Of a stretch of DNA of 64,000 bases, positions 57,889-64,000 are shown one piece after another. This DNA is from a virus (lineage: Duplodnaviria > Caudoviricetes), in IMG/VR virus record IMGVR_UViG_3300024229_000651. One strand, given 5' to 3'. The notes under the pieces were generated by a model. That model saw only the letters and a program-made list of their open reading frames with translations, did not search any database and was not told the DNA's origin. The position numbers and the translations under genes were made by a program. Every line of letters starts with the position of its first letter. The stretch's first letter is position 1.

Positions 57889-59021
57889 AATGACTTCCTA
57901 TACAAATGCAAATCATTTAAATTGTATGTTCTTACCCATGGGTCACCGGGCTCTAAGAGTTTTATAGGCTTGCTCATAGGCATCCAATACTCTCTGATAC
58001 TAAACGGTGGAGAATCATACTCACGATTATAATATTTTTCTTTGCATTCTTCGTATGAAGGTTTACTGTCTATATCACATGATATCATGTGCATTTCAAA
58101 ATATTGCTCCCCATTAATATCAAATTGAAACCTGTGAAACATGGCTTGTCTATATTTAAACGTGCCGAATAGCCACCCTGTATTAATATCAAAATTAATG
58201 CCTCTAGGTAAATCTATCGAACAATCTATGACATCAGGATTTATAAACTCCGATAACAGACAATTACCGTATAAGTATGACACAGCATCTCCCTTCTTTA
58301 CAGGCAGTAATTGTTCCCCAGCTACATATCGCAAATTGGAAACAGGAAAAAACTCGTATAGTTTCCTGTTTTTTGTATCATCAGTGACTACTCTCTTTGC
58401 CCAACTTGCACTACGAATAAAAGAATCGCTGTAAAAATCTAGTCTGTGGTCAATATTAATATTCTCGTTTTGTGCAAGTTTATCTGCTATGTATACCGAA
58501 GCAATATTAGAATCGGGTTGATTGTCTACTATGTAGTCATAACAATCGATCCAATTAGTATTACCGGATTTATCCGAACTACCCACTTTTAAGGTGTTAT
58601 CTGCACCAGCTGGGCTTAAATCTAATACAGGTAACTTGTCTTGGCCGCCGGCGCAAACAACTGTGTGCCCGTATTCAATTAATTCCTGAACTCTATTGTC
58701 GATGAGATAGTTTCTAGGAGTTTGCCATGGGAAGCATATCACTGTAGGTGGTATGCATAGTGCATCGTCAATGGCCTCTAAAACATCGTGTAATGAACGT
58801 TTGGCTGTGATGCATACGCAACTAGTATGTTGAGGTTTGTAGCTGGAAACGATGTTTAAATCGTCGGAATTAATACTTACTATGTTGTTATTTGTGGTAA
58901 TATCCAACATTAAATCGTAATCGCTCAAATTATGATCTAACACATAAGTATTATTTCTTAACTCTTTTACAATTTTGTAATTATTATCGTTGAATGTTGT
59001 TGCTAACTGTATTACTATCAT
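57885..59021 (-). CDS. Degenerate subtilase (S8)-like protein with Ig-like C-terminus
   Basis: TVVCAGG...SPAGADNTLKVGS resembles VVAAGN..SPA..ITVGA; LPRGINFDINTGWLFGT resembles a He_PIG repeat. Confidence 0.5.
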   Translation of the reverse strand: MIVIQLATTFNDNNYKIVKELRNNTYVLDHNLSDYDLMLDITTNNNIVSINSDDLNIVSSYKPQHTSCVCITAKRSLHDVLEAIDDALCIPPTVICFPWQTPRNYLIDNRVQELIEYGHTVVCAGGQDKLPVLDLSPAGADNTLKVGSSDKSGNTNWIDCYDYIVDNQPDSNIASVYIADKLAQNENINIDHRLDFYSDSFIRSASWAKRVVTDDTKNRKLYEFFPVSNLRYVAGEQLLPVKKGDAVSYLYGNCLLSEFINPDVIDCSIDLPRGINFDINTGWLFGTFKYRQAMFHRFQFDINGEQYFEMHMISCDIDSKPSYEECKEKYYNREYDSPPFSIREYWMPMSKPIKLLEPGDPWVRTYNLNDLHLYRKSL

Positions 59022-59050
59022 ACAGCATATTTATACTTGGCTGATATTAC

Positions 59051-59314
59051 TTATCCAGCAAACGTGGTGCTTGCGCCGTCTGCATTATGTCCACATGTAG
59101 CTGGGTCTCCTGCACGAACAACAGGCTTGCCTGTGGCAAATACACTTCCACTTGCTCCAACAATAACCGCAGATGCGTGGGGAGGATTGCCATGAGGGGC
59201 TACTTTATCCTGAATAAGTGACACTTTCTGTCCTTCACAGAATACTGTTGCTGACCCGGGGCCTGTGATTGTTGCTCCTGCTGTGTTAGCTGTTACTCTT
59301 GTTAATGCTGGCAT
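59051..59314 (-). CDS. PAAR-repeat spike-tip protein (gp5.4-like)
   Basis: GSATVFCEG, VAPHG.PPH, SGSVFATGKPVVRAGDPATCGH. Confidence 0.9.
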   Translation of the reverse strand: MPALTRVTANTAGATITGPGSATVFCEGQKVSLIQDKVAPHGNPPHASAVIVGASGSVFATGKPVVRAGDPATCGHNADGASTTFAG

Positions 59315-59338
59315 AATGTATCCTTTTGTTTTATTTAT

Positions 59339-60424
59339 CTATAAAGATAACCCACTAAATGTATTCTCGTCTACATCCTGTTTTGTGCCGCCAATTACAT
59401 AACTTGAGATTTCTGTTTCTTGTGGTGCGACTTGTACTTCTCCACCGCTAATCCACTTTTGTGTCCAGGGTAGCGGATTTGTTGGAACACTATACACTTT
59501 TTCCAAATTCAAAGATGACATTCGTTTACCTGCTATATGCTCAACATACTGCTTTAGCAATTCGCCGTTTAATCCAATAATACTACCATCTTTAAACAAA
59601 TAATCTGCCCATGCTTTTTCTTGTTCCACTGCATCGACGAACATCTGAGTACATTCTTCTTCTGTTTCTTTTGCAATATTCTCGAAGTCCGGATCATCTG
59701 TTTTTAATAATTTTAACATATGCTGGGTACTTGCTAAATGGATATTTTCATCTCTTGCAATTAACTTGATAATTTTAGCATTGCCTTCCATCTTCTTCAA
59801 TTCTGCAAATGCCCAAGAGCATGCAAATGATACATAAAACCGGACACCTTCTAAAATATTAACAGCCATTATAGCAAGATACAAAGCCTTCTTGTGATCG
59901 TACGATCCATACCGTTTAGGATTATTATTAAATTTAATAAGTTCGTCGTAGTACTTTGTAATACTATCTGCACAGTCAATAATCTCTTTTGTATGGTGCA
60001 TCTCATCAAATACTTTACTTGGGTTGCTATAGATATTACGTATAATATGAGTATAACTTCTACTGTGAATCGTTTCGCTAAATGCCCAAGTTTCAATCCA
60101 AGTTTCTAATTCTGGAATACTCACAATCGGTAAGAATGCTAAGTTTGGTGATCTACCCTGAACGCTGTCCAAAAGTATTTGTCTCTTCAAATTGCTTGTA
60201 AAAATGTGTTGCTCAAAATCTGTTAAATCCTTAAAGTCTTTGCTATCTTTAATAATGTCAACTTCCTCTGGTCTCCAAAAGAAGCCCAGTTGTTTATCAG
60301 TTAACTTATCAAATTGTCGATATTTAAGTGTATCGAATCGTTGCATGCCCATGCCGCCGTTCGGGTCTAGAAACATCCTTGCCTCTGTGTGCGCCGTCTT
60401 GTTTTTCATGTCTAACACTGTCAT
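59339..60424 (-). CDS. nrdB: Ribonucleotide reductase class Ia beta subunit
   Basis: FFWRPEE, ETIHSRSY, LEGVRFYVSFA, DENIH, PQETEI; likely start 60424 (ATGA overlap). Confidence 0.97.
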   Translation of the reverse strand: MTVLDMKNKTAHTEARMFLDPNGGMGMQRFDTLKYRQFDKLTDKQLGFFWRPEEVDIIKDSKDFKDLTDFEQHIFTSNLKRQILLDSVQGRSPNLAFLPIVSIPELETWIETWAFSETIHSRSYTHIIRNIYSNPSKVFDEMHHTKEIIDCADSITKYYDELIKFNNNPKRYGSYDHKKALYLAIMAVNILEGVRFYVSFACSWAFAELKKMEGNAKIIKLIARDENIHLASTQHMLKLLKTDDPDFENIAKETEEECTQMFVDAVEQEKAWADYLFKDGSIIGLNGELLKQYVEHIAGKRMSSLNLEKVYSVPTNPLPWTQKWISGGEVQVAPQETEISSYVIGGTKQDVDENTFSGLSL

Positions 60425-62706
60425 ATTTTGCAACTCTCACAATCTTCATCATCAGTCTCACCCTGTGCAAGATCTGGTTTATCATCTTTATTAATATCAA
60501 TTTCGCCTTGGCCATCAAATGTATTGTTGTAATACAACTGCTTGCCGCCATACTTGTAAAACATCACAAGATGCTGTAGCAACATACTCATAGGAACTTT
60601 TTCATCTTCAAAATGTTCTGGGTTATAACTAGTATTCACACTAATACCCTGATCTATAAACTTTTGCAACACTGCCATGATCTTTAGATATCCTTCTGGA
60701 CTCTTCTGATCCCATAGCAGATCATATTTATTCTTGAGCCTAGGATAGCCCGGTACTACTTGTTTTAGTACGCCGTGCTTACTCTGTTTAACGCTAACGA
60801 AACTACGGGGAGGCTCGATACCGTTCGTGCTATTACTTATCTGCGCAGATGTTTCTGCAGGCATTAATGCCATCAACGTACTATTACGGATACCAGTTTG
60901 CTTCAACTGTTCACGCAAAGAATCCCAATCCTTTTTGTAAACAGGCTTTACTAATTCGTCAACATCCGATTTGTAAGTGTCGATTGGTAATATGCCTGCA
61001 TTATATTTTGTTTCATTTGCAGACAAACATTCCCCTTTCTCTTGTGCTAAATCTGCACTGGATTTAATTAGGTAATAACTCCATGCTTCCGTCCACTCAT
61101 GTATTAACTCCAAGTTTGGATCTTGATACGTAGAGTCGTTTTTAGCTAGCCAATATGCAAAATTAATTATGCCTACGCCTAACGGCCTTCTTTTCATTGT
61201 TGCATGATATGCAGCCAGAACAGGATAGCTTTGATAATCTAACAGTGCATCCAATCCTCGTACAGCCAAATCACATGGTTTAGCAAAGTCTTCCGGCTTT
61301 TTAATCGCACCCCAATTGATTGCAGTAAGTGTGCATAATGCTATCTCGCCATCCTCGTCCATAATATGTTCTAGAGGTTTAGTAGGTAAATCAATTTCGC
61401 AACACAAGTTGCTTTGTCTAATAGGGGCAACGTCTGCTATAAATGAACCGTGATCGTTTGCGTGATCTACGTTCATTAAGTATACTCGTCCAGTATCTTT
61501 GCGTTCTTGCACAAATTGACTAAAAAGATCTACTGCTTTGATCGTCTTCTTACGCAGTCGTGTATTACGTTCTGCTGTTTCATACAGTTCTTTAAACTTG
61601 TCTTGGTCTGCATAAAATGCATGATATAAACCTGGGACGTCTTGTGGGGAGAACAATGTAATGTCGCCGCCAGTTAATAGTCTTTCATACATTAACTTGT
61701 TGAATTGTACACCATAGTCCATATGGCGCACTCTATTATCTTCGGTACCTTTGTTGTTCTTTAACACCAACATGTCTTCTATTTCTAAATGCCAAATAGG
61801 ATAGTATAGCGTTGCTGCTCCGCCCCTTACACCACCTTGACTGCAACTCTTTACAGCAGCCTGAAACAACTTATAGAAAGGTATAACACCTGTATGTGTT
61901 GCGTCACCACTCCTTATAGGACTACCAATAGCACGAATATTTCCGGCGCCGATGCCGATGCCTGCTTTTTGACTGACATACTTGACAACTGCACTACTAG
62001 TAGCATTAATGCTATCCAGACTATCGTCTGTTTCAATTAATACACAACTGCTGAACTGTCTCTGTGGTGTCCTAACTCCAGCCATAACAGGAGTAGGCAA
62101 ACTAATTTTGAAATTACTAATAGCATCATAATAATCTTTTACGTATCGCATTCTTGTTTCAGTAGGATACTTATGAAAAAGTGTTGCTGAGATCATTATG
62201 TATGCAACTTGTGGTGTTTCAAATATTTCACCGGTTGCCCTGTTTTGTACCAAGTACTTCCCACGGAATTGTTCCATAGCCGCATATGTTAAGTTGCTGT
62301 CTCGGCTGTGGTCTATGAACGACTGTAGTTGATCTATCTCTTCTTTGGTATAATACTCTAAAAACTTTTCATCGTAAAAGCCTTTTTCGATATTTTCTTC
62401 AACAATATCACATAAGCAGGGAGGAGTAAAAGATCCGTAAACTTGCTTTCTTAGATGGTAATTAATTAATCTTCCAGCTACGTACTGGTAATGTGGGGTT
62501 TCTTCGCTAATTAAGTCTGCTGCGCTTTTGATTAATGTCTCTTGAATAGTCTCAGACTTAATTTTGTCATAGAATTGGAGTCGACTGTTGATTTCTACTT
62601 GACTAATACTTACTCCGGGTAAACTATCACATGCATAAGAAACAACACGGTGAAGTTTGTCTATATCTATATCCTCAACTGTACCGTCTCTTTTTAACAC
62701 TTGCAT
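60421..62706 (-). CDS. nrdA: Ribonucleotide reductase class Ia alpha subunit with ATP cone
   Basis: VLKRDG, QFSSC, QSNLCCEI, MPAETS, KQLYY, CESCKI; no intron or intein. Confidence 0.98.
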   Translation of the reverse strand: MQVLKRDGTVEDIDIDKLHRVVSYACDSLPGVSISQVEINSRLQFYDKIKSETIQETLIKSAADLISEETPHYQYVAGRLINYHLRKQVYGSFTPPCLCDIVEENIEKGFYDEKFLEYYTKEEIDQLQSFIDHSRDSNLTYAAMEQFRGKYLVQNRATGEIFETPQVAYIMISATLFHKYPTETRMRYVKDYYDAISNFKISLPTPVMAGVRTPQRQFSSCVLIETDDSLDSINATSSAVVKYVSQKAGIGIGAGNIRAIGSPIRSGDATHTGVIPFYKLFQAAVKSCSQGGVRGGAATLYYPIWHLEIEDMLVLKNNKGTEDNRVRHMDYGVQFNKLMYERLLTGGDITLFSPQDVPGLYHAFYADQDKFKELYETAERNTRLRKKTIKAVDLFSQFVQERKDTGRVYLMNVDHANDHGSFIADVAPIRQSNLCCEIDLPTKPLEHIMDEDGEIALCTLTAINWGAIKKPEDFAKPCDLAVRGLDALLDYQSYPVLAAYHATMKRRPLGVGIINFAYWLAKNDSTYQDPNLELIHEWTEAWSYYLIKSSADLAQEKGECLSANETKYNAGILPIDTYKSDVDELVKPVYKKDWDSLREQLKQTGIRNSTLMALMPAETSAQISNSTNGIEPPRSFVSVKQSKHGVLKQVVPGYPRLKNKYDLLWDQKSPEGYLKIMAVLQKFIDQGISVNTSYNPEHFEDEKVPMSMLLQHLVMFYKYGGKQLYYNNTFDGQGEIDINKDDKPDLAQGETDDEDCESCKI

Positions 62707-62746
62707 ACATTGTTTCCTGTTTGTTTGTTTGTAAATTTACCTGTAG

Positions 62747-62775
62747 AGTATAACGGGTTTTGCTCTCGAAGTCAA
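62747..62775 (-). promoter_or_regulatory. Sigma70-type promoter for nrdA
   Basis: TTGACT-N17-TATACT. Confidence 0.7.
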
Positions 62776-62776
62776 C

Positions 62777-63202
62777 TTAAATATTTAGCAATTTTATATG
62801 TCCTAACCGCCGAAGTTCGATGCACATATCACCCACTTTAGATATGTGAACTTTTTTTCCTGGGCTTAAATTATACATATGGTCATCATACACAAATACG
62901 GCGCCGTCGTATCCTGTGATATGATTACTTATCACTTTCCACTCCACCAGTTCAGTATCTATATAACCTAGGCTTTCTAACGTGTGATATAGTAGTACAG
63001 AAATTCCAGTAGTGCAAAAGAAACCGTTTTCTACGATGTCGAACGGATTATACCAACTTTCAGGTGTATAGTAGTCTAAATACCTTGCTAGTACTTTTAT
63101 GTTGGCGAATGATTCAAGAACGGCTTGTTCGCTGGTTGAATCATTGCGGACGGCTCGCCATTGTTGTAGCCTTATTTCTAAGTCTGTGTGTTTTTCAAAC
63201 AT
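62777..63202 (-). CDS. Hypothetical phage protein
   Basis: Likely start MFEKH at 63202 (track gives 63232). Confidence 0.65.
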   Translation of the reverse strand: MFEKHTDLEIRLQQWRAVRNDSTSEQAVLESFANIKVLARYLDYYTPESWYNPFDIVENGFFCTTGISVLLYHTLESLGYIDTELVEWKVISNHITGYDGAVFVYDDHMYNLSPGKKVHISKVGDMCIELRRLGHIKLLNI

Positions 63203-63216
63203 TACATAATGTCTAG

Positions 63217-63999
63217 TTATTGTGATTTCCACTTACGGACAACATATTTCATAATTACGTTGCTAGTAGTGGGAGATAAACTGTTGTTTGCAGTTATCGA
63301 AACAATATCTGAATTTATGGCAGCACTAAACGTTAGATTGCCGGTGAAATAATCATCTGTAGCTTCGGAACTAATATCTTGTAAAATTACTGCGCCTGAT
63401 GGTTCACCGTTAGCATCTTGTAATGCACTTGGATTTCCGTGGTATACTATTGTGCCAGCTCTATTATAATAACGTCTTATAGACGAATTGCTTGAGTCAG
63501 CCGCTTCTCCCACAACACTATAATCGATAAACATTGTGTCATACGAGTTTGTATCTGTGCCTAGGTCAGTTAATTGCACATTTGTGTTTGAACCAATAGA
63601 TAATTGTAGAGGCTGTGAATAAACTGTTTCTGCTTGTCCGGATTCTAGTGCTGATGTTGTCAACAGTTCAATATTTGTTTTAAGATTAATTAGTCCTCTT
63701 TTATCAGGATCATTACTTCTAAAATATAACTTGTTAACTATTGTGGCAAAGTTGCCTGCTTCATCATTTGAATCGAACTTAATTTCAGCAGTAGTAGGAT
63801 CTAAATCTACAAACCAAGAATTAAATCCGTTTATAACAGTATTATCGCTAGTGTATAAATCATTACAGAAAATGTCGGAAATAACATTAACCTTTTCGTC
63901 CTGGGTGAATCGATACAGCCAGTTTTCTAATTTAGATTTAACAGTATCGTCAGATCTAGTATATCGTCTAGGTGTGATGCCAATTTCTTGCCAAGAAGA
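63217..63999 (-). CDS. C-terminal part of a larger, probably structural protein (runs off the window)
   Basis: Frame is open from 63999 (SSWQEIGITPRRY...) through the track ORF to ...KYVVRKWKSQ. Confidence 0.7.
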   Translation of the reverse strand, partial: SSWQEIGITPRRYTRSDDTVKSKLENWLYRFTQDEKVNVISDIFCNDLYTSDNTVINGFNSWFVDLDPTTAEIKFDSNDEAGNFATIVNKLYFRSNDPDKRGLINLKTNIELLTTSALESGQAETVYSQPLQLSIGSNTNVQLTDLGTDTNSYDTMFIDYSVVGEAADSSNSSIRRYYNRAGTIVYHGNPSALQDANGEPSGAVILQDISSEATDDYFTGNLTFSAAINSDIVSITANNSLSPTTSNVIMKYVVRKWKSQ

Positions 64000-64000
64000 A

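Noticed and set aside
59339-62706. Intron or intein in nrdA/nrdB (also sufB)
   Set aside because: Lengths are canonical and motifs are contiguous.

Overview
This window is a gene-dense, AT-rich segment of a large T4-like (myovirus/jumbo-type) phage genome in the standard genetic code. Phage markers are nrdA/nrdB, a PAAR spike protein, a T4-like lysozyme, a SleB hydrolase, dCMP deaminase, MazG, UvdE, sigma70-type TTGAC-N16/17-TATAAT promoters and many TAAATA late-promoter boxes. Most of it is host-like accessory genes. These include a near-complete SUF Fe-S assembly operon (sufB, DUF1289, sufC, sufD, sufS, sufT) with dispersed Grx4, 7Fe ferredoxin, bacterioferritin and peroxiredoxin; ClpS, ClpX and Hsp20 (with a ROSE-like thermometer); ribosomal protein bS21 and one tRNA-Thr; FabF and two tandem desaturases; nucleotide-sugar and glycosyltransferase genes; five SGNH paralogs; six 2OG/Fe(II) oxygenases; a radical SAM enzyme; and a GH6 cellulase. 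The strongest novelty candidates are the phage SUF system, an ArfA-like ribosome-rescue motif inside a putative protease-processed virion protein, an orphan structured ncRNA at about 31.93-32.06 kb, widespread apparently leaderless transcription, and the 43-58 kb tailoring-enzyme island. All family assignments come from motif recognition by eye; no database search or folding program was run.
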